A stretch of 64,000 nt of DNA from Octopus vulgaris (GCA_951406725.2 OX597828.1:54250001-54314000), one strand, 5' to 3'. Counted from the stretch's first letter, positions 1 to 11,776 are shown. Numbers and translations: made by a program. Notes: generated by a model not told the origin, from the letters alone.

Positions 1-689
1 AGAGGTGTGAAAAGTAACAATGGCCATCCAGAATGTTGAGAGACGGCTATTAAATGCAGCAAGAATCAAGAATTTTAGTCAGACACACCACAGAAAAATC
101 TTTGTTTTAGATTGGACTAAAGCTGGCAATTCAGAAAGGAAAGAATTAAATCATCAAATTGTCTCCCAACGTAATAATAATTTGAGATAGGAGAGTCATG
201 ACTGGAATGTCTCCATGGGTGTATTGGATCCTAGTAGACTTGGAGCTAAATGGCAAGAGAATTTATTAACAACAGGACGAGATAAAGACGACGACAGGAT
301 TTGAACTCAAGGTAAAAGGGCTTCATAACTAGATACGGTAAAGTGTACCATAATAATGATTGTTTCTAATATCAGCCTTAATTAAGTCCACGAGGCCAAC
401 CACCCGACATAACTTAACCTGCCACCCCGGAGTAGGATAGAGGGGACGTAACTACAGATGGCAAAGTTTTTATCCGGCACAACAGATGCTGCTAAAAAAC
501 AAAAAAAAACACAAAAAAAAAAACACAAGCAAAATTAATAAAATACGACAAAGAAATAATTAAAAAAAAACCAGCAGTTTTCTTCGAAAATCTTTTTTTT
601 TTTTTTTTCAAATCTTTAACCAAGAAAATATTCTTCTAGCCATGAAAGACTTCATTTTTCAAGGCTTTTCGTTGGTTTATATATATACA

Positions 690-721
<32 letters not shown>

Positions 722-1035
722 AACTATTTGGCGAAGTTATCTGATGACAATAATAAAAAATAAATATATATTGATATAAAAAAATGGAACCAGCTACATA
801 CAGTTTACATATTCTTGGCGCCAGAGTTCTTCATTCTCATGTGTAGAAGTTCACGTGTATGTACATGTGTGTATATGTAAGCATGTTATTGTTTATTAAA
901 AGAAACAGAAATATGAGGTATTTTTTCATCTCTTCTACTTGGGTCCAGTCAACTCAAAAATATCCAAGTAAAGTGGACCCTCAGACACACATATTAAAGA
1001 CTGGCAAACACACACACATACACACACAAGGATCT

Positions 1036-1104
<69 letters not shown>

Positions 1105-1449
1105 TTGTCGAAAAGATGAGGATTTTTTTCTTTTTTTTTTTTTCTTTTGGGGTATTTGGTGATTTGGCTCTGTTTACATTATGGTAAATTTTCAAACCTT
1201 GGAATTCATGGGAAGAAAAGAGGATCAAAATTGAAAACATAATTCACAGGGGAAAAAAAAACAAACTTTTAGAATCTTTTTTTTTTTTATCCGTTTGTTA
1301 AATTCGTTTCCAAATCCAAGGAGAAACTAGGAGAGTTTGTGGAGACAAAAAAAAAAAAAGACATCATCATCATCATCAATGTCTTCGTCATAAGGACTCA
1401 AACAGATCGTGAAAATTTTGAGTGTGTGTATGTATAGTGTAGGGTGTCT

Positions 1450-3480
1450 TTACGCAACAATTTCCGGGAGGGCGATGTTGCTAGGTACTTTTCCCCTCCC
1501 CATACCGCCATAGAATCCACTCGTGCCGTCTGGACCTTTTGGGGATCTCACAGCCATTTCTAGATCATGTAGACGGCCACGTCTCAGCATTAGGGGGCTA
1601 CCTTTAGGGCTGCGTCCTGCCGACTGTCCGTTTTTATCATCGCTCAAACCAGTGCTGTTCTGTTGAGCCTGAGCAGCTTTCAAACGCCGTTGGACCCAAG
1701 GACTTGCTGGGGCATCGCTGTTGTCGTATTTCTTGCGTAGAGATTCAGGGCTTATCTGTGGACTAATCCTTGGGCTGTTGTCAGTCTCAGCCAACGGGGA
1801 TTTTTTCGACATCCATTTTCGGCGCTGGGTTCTCGGGCTGCTTTTCGGAGTTGACCTTGGGCTTGGTTTAGGAGTCGTTACAGGGCTCAGTTTGCTAGGG
1901 TCCAGTGAAGGCATATGTAAAAGTGTCTGAGGAGTGTCCGCTTCAGATCCGCTACTATAGCATGATGACTCAGGTTCGCGACAGAGTTCATCAATTCGCT
2001 TCTTCTTTCGACACCCCTTCTTTTTCTTCTTATCTTCCAAACTAACAATCTCTTTGTCTGTGGCAGAGTTCGAATTCGCAGAACCGCTCTTAGCATTGTT
2101 ATTATTCGATGAAACAGCTTTCTTTTTATCTTTTTCTTTCTTCTTGGCAGACAGCTGCACAACACGCATCCCACTGCGCCAGTCGTCGGCATTGTGCATG
2201 GCACAGGCTTGTTTAGCGCCTTCGAACGTCTCAAATTCGATCACAGCACAAAGTGTAGTACCGATTTCTGGATGCTTGGACGAGAATTTCTTAATGTCCG
2301 GTGGTATAGAACCTTTGGGTCGCAGGATGCGTATAAGAGAGATGACTCCACATTTGGAAAATAGTTCGGCCACATTTTCAATAGCTGGATTCTTGATTGG
2401 AAGGTTGACTACAACGACAGTCCGTGAAGGGGTAGTCTCATCATACTCAGGTAAGGAATCGATACGTCGGACTTTAGTACCCTCCTCGTTCACTTCAAGA
2501 ACTTTGGACTTCTGCAAACTGTAGGCCACTACACGGTAATCCTTGGACAGCGTTTTCACTTTGCGGAAGGAGGTTAACAGCTTCAAGCTTACGAAACCCT
2601 GCTTGTTACGACGAACATGCTTCAATAAGAAAGCATCTTTCAGGATGTTGGCATCGGAGAAATAAAATTCCACCTGGTTAACGATTTTCTCCTGAAGCTC
2701 TTCACTTGGTTCGACAAATTCGGGAAGCTTCTCCCGCTCTTCGGGGTCATCGGAGAATTCCGGAAAACTATAGCCCTCCTCTTCACTGGTGTAGGAAGAC
2801 GGCGAAGATCCATAATCTTCCTCCCGTAACTGTTCCACTCGGAGTACGGGCGCAGGTGGCAACACCGGTAAAGGAGGCTGGGCTGGAGTTATTTCCACTT
2901 CAACTGGTCTAAACGATTCTACCTCTCTTTCTCCTCCAACTTCTTTATCTTGTTCGCGTTGTTGTTGCTGCTGCTGTTCCTTGAGAGGAGAAGCAGTAGG
3001 ACCAGCAGTAAGTGGTGTCGAAGCCGGATCTTCGACGGGAAGATTTGAAGACAGCTGGTGGTTGTCGTGGTAATTGTTCTGGTCAACGTCATCATCATCA
3101 TCATCGTCATCAACGCGGTGAGCAACTCCATTTGCAGTGGCAGGGACACTGGTGACGGAGGCGATACTGACAGAATTGGTGTCGTCGTCGTTTTTGTTCT
3201 TCTCATTCCCATTCACGTTCTCCTCGCCAGCAGTCTGAGTGTCGTCGTGTTGTTGTTCCTGGTGGTGGTTCCTATCGTTGGCATTGGCGGTGGTGGGCGA
3301 CATTACTTCCTCCTGGTCAACAGCATCAGTAAACTGTCCCTCTTCGATGACGGGTGTAATCATGTCCGTGGTCGATCTCTTTCCGATGCTATTATTATTG
3401 TTCTTAGCAGACATTTCGTTCACTTCAAAGGCGGTGGTATCCAAGTTCAATTCGGCCATGCGGTTATTGTAGTCACCCAT
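1450..3480 (-). CDS. LARP6: La-related protein 6 (La motif + RRM + C-terminal LSA/SUZ-C motif), single coding exon, 676 aa
   Basis: La motif KIVNQVEFYFSDANILKDAFLLKHVRRNKQGFVSLKLLTSFRKVK; RRM SRTVVVVNLP...LIRILRP...CAVIEFE; SPWVQRR motif; C-terminal RSPKGPDGTSGF, typical of LARP6. Confidence 0.95.
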   Translation of the reverse strand: MGDYNNRMAELNLDTTAFEVNEMSAKNNNNSIGKRSTTDMITPVIEEGQFTDAVDQEEVMSPTTANANDRNHHQEQQHDDTQTAGEENVNGNEKNKNDDDTNSVSIASVTSVPATANGVAHRVDDDDDDDDVDQNNYHDNHQLSSNLPVEDPASTPLTAGPTASPLKEQQQQQQREQDKEVGGEREVESFRPVEVEITPAQPPLPVLPPAPVLRVEQLREEDYGSSPSSYTSEEEGYSFPEFSDDPEEREKLPEFVEPSEELQEKIVNQVEFYFSDANILKDAFLLKHVRRNKQGFVSLKLLTSFRKVKTLSKDYRVVAYSLQKSKVLEVNEEGTKVRRIDSLPEYDETTPSRTVVVVNLPIKNPAIENVAELFSKCGVISLIRILRPKGSIPPDIKKFSSKHPEIGTTLCAVIEFETFEGAKQACAMHNADDWRSGMRVVQLSAKKKEKDKKKAVSSNNNNAKSGSANSNSATDKEIVSLEDKKKKKGCRKKKRIDELCREPESSCYSSGSEADTPQTLLHMPSLDPSKLSPVTTPKPSPRSTPKSSPRTQRRKWMSKKSPLAETDNSPRISPQISPESLRKKYDNSDAPASPWVQRRLKAAQAQQNSTGLSDDKNGQSAGRSPKGSPLMLRRGRLHDLEMAVRSPKGPDGTSGFYGGMGRGKVPSNIALPEIVA

Positions 3481-3839
3481 GATTTATTTCGACGTTTTAC
3501 TTCTCTTTTCACTTATTTTTAAAAATTCTCTCTCGGGAGGAGCTCCGAGGAGTCGATGAATTTCGGGACAGGGAAAGAAGAAGAGATAAAGAGGGCGAGA
3601 GAATCACAGCAGTAGTAGTAGTAGTAATGGTGGCAGTAATGCTAGGAGTAGTAGTAGTAGCAGCAGTAATTGCAATGATGATATATGGAAATAGATGCAG
3701 AATTTATAATTATTATTATTATTATTATATATTTTCTTTTGTAAAGAGGAAGCTTAATAGTTAATTGTTTTATGTAGTAATGACGATAATGGTAATTATA
3801 ACGGTGTTGTGGTGGAATAAAGTGACGACAGAGGCCAGT

Positions 3840-3955
3840 CTACAGAAAATATAGAGACGGAGATGGAATTAATACAGATTAACTGTGACAAGGAGCCTTT
3901 TTTTTTTCTTTTTTAAGTAGTTTTGGTTAAGAAAACAAACACAGCAAAATCTTAC
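3840..3955 (-). other. Candidate 116-nt 5'UTR intron of LARP6
   Basis: Minus-strand donor G|GTAAGA at 3955 and acceptor ccatctccgtctctatattttctgtAG ending at 3840. Confidence 0.55.
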
Positions 3956-4379
3956 CAAAAGACTTGACGACGAGACACCAGCTCGGAGATGTTTTTTATA
4001 TCACACATAAGACATACATACATGTATGTCTGTACATATATATATATAGATAGGTAGATATATATATATATATATATATTTATATATCCAGGACGCAGAA
4101 CAGACCCAGGACAGCCGTCTTCAGCAGCTCACAGTCGTACGAGCTAGCAATCAGTCCGGTGTTGAAGATTTACTGTCCGATTCTTCCAAAGTCGCAAAAA
4201 AGGTGAGACACAAATGTGTGTTTGAAGGGGAGCACCACGGCTGGATTCCCAAGAAGAAGATGTTTTATTGTTGTTTTAGACTCCACTTCTCTTGCTGCTG
4301 CCCTGCGCAGTTCTTTCTTCTTCTTTTTTTCTTTTTCCGACCCTTATTGTTGTTGTTAAGAGATCTGCGACCCAGAGAA

Positions 4380-4600
4380 AGATAGCGACCAGGGCCAGTA
4401 AACAATTCCGGTTTCGCTCCTCGTACGGCTGCTGTCCCGCTGACTGTCTGGCGTTGCCGACTACGTCACAGCCTTTTACGTTTCTCGCACACCGCGGTGA
4501 CGTCACGGAGCACGTGGTGCTGCCTCGTGTCTCGTGGTTTACGACTTGTTGGAATATCCTGTGACGTAGGCGGAAACTGAGTACACACACCCTTGCGCCT
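4380..4600 (-). promoter_or_regulatory. CpG-rich LARP6 promoter with CRE and E-box cluster
   Basis: GTGACGTCAC palindrome 4497-4506, CACGTG 4511-4516, CRE-like TACGTCA ~4462 and TGACGTA ~4562; CpG-dense compared with the surrounding DNA. Confidence 0.6.
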
Positions 4601-4820
4601 GACTGATGCAATCCTTGTTACTTATTATACACAAAGATAGCATTCGGCTGCTGACAATAATTTATATACACACGCGCATGTGTATATATATGATTCCTTA
4701 TGTGCACAGATGCACAAATATATTTGTATATCATATATACAAAATACGGAGGCGTTTCTTACAAGATGCTGACATTAATATCCTATATTTCATTATACAT
4801 ATACCACCCGCAACACACCC

Positions 4821-5086
<266 letters not shown>

Positions 5087-5205
5087 TACTTTTTTTTTTC
5101 CTCGGATCAAAAACTGGAGGTTAACCAAGAATACGTACATTACCAGTTTTTGGCGTAACAATAACCTTAACTCTAACCACCGGGTGAACGTACTCTTTAC
5201 TTTCG

Positions 5206-5207
<2 letters not shown>

Positions 5208-5272
<65 letters not shown>

Positions 5273-5703
5273 TTATACACACACACACATATATATATAT
5301 ATATACATATATTTATATACATACATATATATGTACATATATATACATATATATACATACGTATATACATATATATATACATATATGTGTACATATATAT
5401 ACATATATATATACATATATAGACATATATATATACATATATCGACATACATATATATATATATATATATAGACATACATATATATATATATATACATAT
5501 ATATATAGACATATATATACACATATATGCATATATATACACATATATATGCATATATATACACATATATATATACATATATATATATACACATAAATGC
5601 ATATATATATACACATATATATATATATACATATATATATATACACATAAATGCATATATATATATATATACACATACATATATATATATATATATATAC
5701 ATA
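5208..5703. repeat. Degenerate (TA)n/(CA)n microsatellite
   Basis: Read directly; source of the spurious YI-repeat ORFs. Confidence 0.95.
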
Positions 5704-5968
5704 TTCGTTGGCATCCGTCCGTCTCGAGAGACGATGGTGTAGCTCGGAAAAAGTGATGGGTTTATCTGCCCTTCCTGGTGTGGCTGTGCAGACCAATCAT
5801 TGAGTGGCAGTCTCTACCACATCTGGTGCAAGTGAAAGGGGATGAGAGCTGTGGTTGCTGCTGCTGCTACTGCTGCTCCCTTCGCCTGGTTCTCTTTAGT
5901 TTGGCAGTAGTGGTCCTCAGGTTCTCTGCTGTTGCGGCACCGTGCTTGACACTGTGTCGCCAGGCGCC
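5704..5968 (-). mobile_element. RTE (BovB-like) LINE 3' end fragment embedded in (TA)n
   Basis: Minus strand reads AWRHSVKHGAATAE...[22 protein letters not shown], the RTE C-terminal zinc finger, followed by a short 3'UTR. Confidence 0.8.
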
Positions 5969-5992
5969 ATACATACATATATATATATATAT

Positions 5993-6057
<65 letters not shown>

Positions 6058-6099
6058 TATTATGCTCTAATTGCTGAGTCATTATCAGAACTGGAGAAG

Positions 6100-7703
6100 T
6101 TTCAGGTGTGGAAGCATGGTCTAGAATCGAAGGGCCTTAGAGTCAACCTAGCTAAAACCAAAGTCCTAATAAGTAGGAAGGTAGACAAATCACAAACGCC
6201 TTCAGGTAGATGGCCCTGCTCGATCTGTAGAAAAGGTGTAGGTAGAAACTCTATAAGATGCACCAAGTGTAAGCTATGGACACATAAGAGGTGCAGCAAT
6301 GTCATAGGAAGGCTAACTAGGAAGATGGTTTTTGTATGTGGCAGATGCTTGGGAGCATTAACCTCTGAAAATCTGCAGAAAACAACTTCCGTCACTTTCC
6401 AGGGGGAAAAACTAGAAGTAGTTGATAGCTTCCGTTACTGACCAAGTCAGTAGTGGGGGTGGGTGTGCTGAAAGTGTAACGGCTAGAGTAAGAATAGCCT
6501 GGGCAAAGTTTAGGGAGCTCTTACCTCTGTTGGTGACTAAAGGCCTCTCGCTCAGAGTAAAAGGCAGACTGTATCATGCATGTGTACGAACAGCCATGCT
6601 ACATGGCAGTGAAACATAGGCCGTGACTGCTGAGGACATGCGTAAGCTCGCGAGAAATGAAGCTAGTATGCTCCGTTGGATGTGTAATGTCAGTGTTCAT
6701 AGTCGACAGAGTGTAAGTACCTTGAGAGAAAAGTTGGACCTAAGAGGAATCAGATGTTGTGTGCAAGAGAGACGATTGCGCTGGTATGGTCATGTGGTGA
6801 GAATGGATGAAGATAGGTGTGTGAAAAAGTGCCACACCCTGGCAGTTGAGGGGACCTGTGGAAGAGGTAGACCCAGGAAAACCTGGGTCGAGGTGGTGAA
6901 GCACGACCTTCGAACTCTAGGTCTCACCAAGGAAATGACCAGAGACCGAGACCTATGGAAGTATGCTGTGCGTGAGAAGACCCGGCAAGACCAGTGAGAA
7001 CAATCAAAATCAAATCATATATCAGAAAGCAGGGGTTAAGTGACCCATCCATTCGTGTCCGCTGTCAGCCTCGTCTGGCACCTGTGCCGGTGATACGTAA
7101 AAGCACCATTCGCTCATGGCCGTTTGCTAGCTCTGCCTGGCCCCGTGTCGGTGGCACGTAAAAGCACCATCCGTTCGTGTTCGTTGCCAGCCTCGCCTGG
7201 CCCCATGCCGGTGACACGTAAAAGCACCGTCCGTTTGTGGCCGTTTGCCAGCTCTGTCTGGCAACCATGTCGGTGGCACGTAAAAGCACCATCCGTTCGC
7301 ATCCGTTGCCAGCCTCGGCTGGCCCCCGTGCCGGTGACACGTAAAAGCACTGTCCATTCGTGGCCGGTTGCCAGCTCTGTCTGGCCCCGTGTCGGTGGCA
7401 CGTAAAAGCACCATCCGTTCATGTCCGTTGCCAGCATCGCCTGGCCCCGTGCCAGTGACACGTAAAAGCACCATCCGGTCGTGGCCGTTCGCCAGCTCTG
7501 TCTGGCACCTGTGCAGGTGGCACGTAAAAAACACCCACTACACTCGCGGAGTGGTTGGCGTTAGGAAGGGCATCCAGCCGTAGAAACACTGCCAGATCTG
7601 ACTGGGCCTGACGAAGCCTTCCAGCTTCACAGACCCCAGTTGACCCGTCCAACCCATGCTAGCATGGAAAGCGGATGCTAAACGATGATAATAATGATGA
7701 TGA

Positions 7704-7706
<3 letters not shown>
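6100..7706 (+). mobile_element. 5'-truncated RTE-clade LINE: RT C-terminal half with PHD-type insertion, tandem-repeat 3'UTR, (GAT)n tail
   Basis: GLRVNLAKTKVL...EVVDSFRY; frameshift ~6440; ARVRIAWAKFREL...TAMLHGSET* (premature TAG 6617); RRLRWYGHVVRM...GRGRPRKTW; tail gatgataat. Confidence 0.9.
7065..7535 (+). repeat. Eight ~61-bp tandem units in the RTE 3'UTR, alternating A/B variants
   Basis: Core cgtaaaagcacc repeated 8 times; ggtgacacg and ggtggcacg variants alternate. Confidence 0.85.
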
Positions 7707-7768
<62 letters not shown>

Positions 7769-8102
7769 GGTTGAATTATTCTGGGTGTGCTAGGTGTATG
7801 CTGCACACCCATCAAAAAATGGTAAATTCATTATAGATATTAACCTTACTTAATAATTTAATGACAAGTCTTAATGGAAATCTTTTCTTATACACCTGCT
7901 TGAAATTCGAGGGCACTGGGTGTGACAGCACACCCAATATGAAAACCACTATACACATATATATATACACATGTATAAGTAAGTATATTTGAATATCAAG
8001 AACCCTTGGGTGATGAAATAAGTTATCAAGTTTGAATATTCTTATAACCAAGTCAGCAGTGATGGGGTGTATATATATATATATGTGTATATATGATTCT
8101 AT

Positions 8103-8480
8103 AGGTGCAGGAGTGGCTGTGTGGTAAGTAGCTTGCTAACCAACCACATGGTTGCAGGTTCAGTCCCACTGCGTGGCATCTTGGGCATGTGTCTTCTGCT
8201 ATAGCCCCGGGCCGACCAATGCCTTTAAAGTGGATTTGGTAGACAGAAACTGAAAGAAGCCTGTCGTATATATATATATGTGTGTGTCTGTGTTTGTCCC
8301 CCTAACATTGCTTGACAACTAATGCTGGTGTGTTTACGTCCCCGTCACTTAGCGGTTTGGCAAAAGAGGCCGATAGAATAAGTACTGGGCTTACAAAGAA
8401 TAAGTCCTAGGGTCGATTTGCTCGACTAAAGGCGGTGCTCCAGCATGGCCGCAGTCAAATGACTGAAACAAGTAAAAGAG
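8103..8480 (+). mobile_element. tRNA-derived CORE-type SINE (family A), full length
   Basis: Head gcaggagtggctgtgtggtaag, B-box-like ggttcagtccc, CORE-like cttgggca.gtgtctt, internal (TA)/(TG), tail cagtcaaatgactgaaacaagtaaaagag; about 13 copies in the window. Confidence 0.85.
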
Positions 8481-8490
8481 TATATATACA

Positions 8491-8690
8491 TACGAGTGAT
8501 GCTGAAAAGTTTCTGGCTTTATGGGTCTTGTAAAAAGCTGGTTGGAGGCCCAGCCTTCTAAGTTCTTTTACAAGGCTAGAAAAACTGAAGGGCTGCTGCA
8601 ATAAGTATATAAATCTGAGAGGGGAATATGTTGAATAAGATCATAATTCACTGATACTCAAAGCCAGGAACTTTTTAGCAGCCCCTTGTA
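8491..8690 (+). mobile_element. Mariner internal-deletion derivative (MITE)
   Basis: Imperfect ~28-bp TIRs (tacgagtgatgctgaaaagtttctggcttt / aaagccaggaactttttagcagccccttgta) with TA ends; internal LEKLKGCCNKYINLRGEYVE* matches a mariner transposase C-terminus. Confidence 0.75.
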
Positions 8691-8876
8691 TATTACAAAA
8701 ATGAGTTAAATTAATCAGTGCTCAGTGACATGTATGTGAATAACAGCCAAATGCAGGTTAATAATTAATTGGGTGACATTCTCCAGTCCAGACAGTTTTA
8801 TGGTCTGATACAGAGTGTAATAATAATTGAAAAAATGATTGACAAAAGAACAAGAGTTTCTTAATCACATTCTTTA

Positions 8877-8955
8877 GCTTACAGCTGTTTCAGCTTGAAG
8901 GTACTGTGCACCCTCAGTTGAGTGTCAATGCAACATCTTTAAGCTTCTTCAGAGC
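8877..8955 (-). ncRNA. Type I hammerhead ribozyme motif (Penelope-type, palindromic stem III)
   Basis: Minus strand: gct CUGAAGA agctt...aagct GAAAC agct GUA agc; stem I gct/agc, stem II agctt/aagct, palindrome acagctgt. Confidence 0.65.
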
Positions 8956-9038
8956 AATACACAAACACATGCATGTGCACACACACACAAATATATATAT
9001 ATGTATGCGTGTGTGTACTTATATATTTATTTATATGT

Positions 9039-9902
9039 ATTAATCAATATAGGGTGGCAAAAAAAATTTTGTAGAATTCTTTTGCCACCAGCGGCCTAGT
9101 GGGAAAAAATTAAATAGTCATAAACCATTTTTAAGTTCAACATCAACAATCGAGGAACGGCCATAATAGGCCATTCACCCACTAGAAATAACAGCCAAAA
9201 GCTTTAACCGCAAAATAACGTCAATTCCGTAAACCAGGAGAAAATTGAAAAACATTTACCCTGTAATTTCTTAGACGATGCACCGTTTCATCTTCTGTTT
9301 AATGGAAAACTAACCTGATTAAATTAAATCAAGCCAATCTACCATAGGCCCTTAGATTCATCAGTAAGAAATAGCCAAACCGAAACAGATATTTTTCACG
9401 AGGCATTCTCATTGCTACCTCGTCAATATCTGACCTAAAATTTTCAAATCGTCGCACTCGCTGGTGGCAAAAGAATTCTACAAAATTTTTTTTGCCACCC
9501 TATATTGATTAATTATGAATTTTCTGGTTAATTCCGTAATGGAATCGGCGGCTTATATTTATTTGCTGCCGTTAAATTTGGTGCGAGTGCGACGATTTGA
9601 AAATTTTAGGTCAGATATTGACGAGGTAGCAATGAGAATGCCTCGTGAAAAATATCTGTTTCGGTTTGGCTATTTCTTACTGATGAATCTAAGGGCCTAT
9701 GGTAGATTGGCTTGATTTAATTTAATCAGGTTAGTTTTCCATTAAACAGAAGATGAAACGGTGCATCGTCTAAGAAATTACAGGGTAAATGTTTTTCAAT
9801 TTTCTCCTGGTTTACGGAATTGACGTTATTTTGCGGTTAAAGCTTTTGGCTGTTATTTCTAGTGGGTGAATGGCCTATTATGGCCGTTCCTCGATTGTTG
9901 AT
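9039..9902. other. Insertion built from nested inverted duplications, flanked by a 16-bp direct repeat
   Basis: A 9039-9093 = revcomp of 9459-9513; B 9142-9461 = revcomp of 9583-9902; atatttatttatatgt at 9023-9038 and 9901-9916. Confidence 0.9.
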
Positions 9903-10269
9903 ATTTATTTATATGTGTAATTTTTGTTGTTTTGTTTTTTAACAGAAGCTGCAAGTTTGTGTCTTGCAAGTTTAGTTTCATGCCATTGTGACCATCAGAC
10001 AAAACACACTAATCACTTTAAGACAGCACTGCAACATGGCAACAGTTCAATGACTCAAGTAAAAGAATAAAGAAATGCATTTATTAAAGTAAGCAGCTTG
10101 TTTGACCTTTCAACCTTGGTCAGTAATCTCCCACAGGGGCACTTTCTTGTTCCTCTCTTTACATTGCCACTGAAAGTAAGACAAGGGCTTCCAGTAAGTT
10201 TTCTCCTATGAATACTCTTTTATTCTTTTACTCTTTTACTTGTTTCAGTCATGAGTAATCGTCCAACAG

Positions 10270-10676
10270 ACGCAGGAGTGGCTGTGTGGTAAGTAGCTTT
10301 CTTACCAACTACATGGTTTTGGGTTCAATCCCACTGTGTGGCACCTTGGGCAAGTGTCGTCTACTATAGCCTCGGGCCGACCAAAGCCTTGTGAGTGGAT
10401 TTGGTAGACGGAAACTGAAAGAAGCTCGTCGAATATTTGTATATATATATATATGTGTGTGTTTGTGTGTCTGTTTGTCCTCCCCAACATCGCTTGACAA
10501 CCGATGGTGGTGTGTTTATGGTCCCGTAACTTAGCGGTTTGGCAAATAAGACCAATAGAATAAGTACTAGGCTTACAAAGAATAAGCTCTGGGGTTCGAT
10601 TTGCTCAACTAAAGGAGGTGCTCCAGCATGGCCACAGTCAAATGACTGAAACAAATACAAGAGTAAAAGAGTAAAG
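10270..10676 (+). mobile_element. SINE family A, full length
   Basis: Same head, CORE and tail as the 8103 copy. Confidence 0.85.
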
Positions 10677-11275
10677 ACCAGCATCTGGTCCAGGTGGGGA
10701 ATTTATATGCCATAGAAACCAGAAAACTGGTGCTTATGAATTGGTATGATTCAAGAACATAACTCTACCTTTACCTTTACTCTTAGATATACCAAAAAAT
10801 AAAGACAGAATGGACATGACGTGAACACTTTTATCAAAGACCTGATCTATATGTGTTAGCCATCCTTGCCAAATCGCATGTTTGTCAGAGACGTTGTGGC
10901 ACCAGGATAGGCCCCCCGCCTATCCCAAACAATCTGTGTTTACTGCAAGGTGGGGGTAGGCAACCCCACCTGTCACTGGCAAATGACTGAACTCTCAAAC
11001 CTGGTTTAGCCTGTCAATTGAGGCAGTTATTAGGATGTGACCTCTCATTTTCTGGGGTTCCTAGGTGAGAATTAAGTGGATATTGACAACCAGTGCACCA
11101 TTATCACACCTGAAAAAAGTCCTAACTATACAGTCACTAAGCTGCAAAATGTGTTATCTCTAACTTCAACATACCTGAAAATACCTGTAATCACCACAAC
11201 AAAATCAATCATAAAAATTGCAACTATAACAACCACAAAAAAAAACAAACAAACACATAATTGGGTGGATTGAGT

Positions 11276-11776
11276 TACCGTAAACCCTCGAGTTTAGTCC
11301 ACCCTTGAGTATAATACGCAGGAGATTTTTAGGGGGCTGTACCTCTGAAAAATCTAAACCTTGTGTATAATACGCACCCCTTCTCTAACTTGAGTCAAGG
11401 AGGTCTATATAACGTCCTTGGTTTGTAAAAATGTATACGGTAACGTCCTTTATTATTATTGTATATATAACATAATGCAAACGTGTAGCGTTTTTGTGAA
11501 TTTTGTTTGCAGAAAATATAGAAATAACAGTAATAATGTTTAATAAATGTTGCTTACTGCAAGTTATGGATGATTCTTTTATGACTTCATTGCTTTCAGG
11601 CTTAGCTTAAGGTATTCTCGCGCCCGACATCACAAAATGCGTCTGAATAAACATAGCCAGACAGCAAATAGAGACTCGGACATTTTCATTTTTAACCTCT
11701 TATATTGTACGTACTAGGGATTTTGACCTTTAAATTTTGGGGGGAAAATGCTGATTATACTCGAGGATTTACAGTA
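11276..11776. mobile_element. Tc2/pogo-like (Tc1-mariner superfamily) MITE
   Basis: Ends taccgtaaaccctcgagt... and ...ttatactcgaggatttacagta form TIRs with TA termini; subterminal gtataatacgca repeats. Confidence 0.7.

Noticed and set aside
1721-3522. ORFs overlapping LARP6 in other frames or strands
   Set aside because: Shadow ORFs with no independent motifs.
8450-8480. SINE A tail agtc-aaat-gact-GAAAC-aa-GUA resembling half a hammerhead
   Set aside because: No CUGANGA upstream in any copy; probably an RT-recognition stem-loop.
9680-9715. CUGAUGA followed by a stem (atcta/tagat), also at 32520
   Set aside because: No GAAA or NUH after stem II, so not a hammerhead.
10860-11070. GC-rich hairpins (ggataggc/gcctatcc; aggtgggg/ccccacct), possible retroelement 5'UTR ribozyme
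   Set aside because: Could not fit a full HDV-like fold, and no linked ORF.
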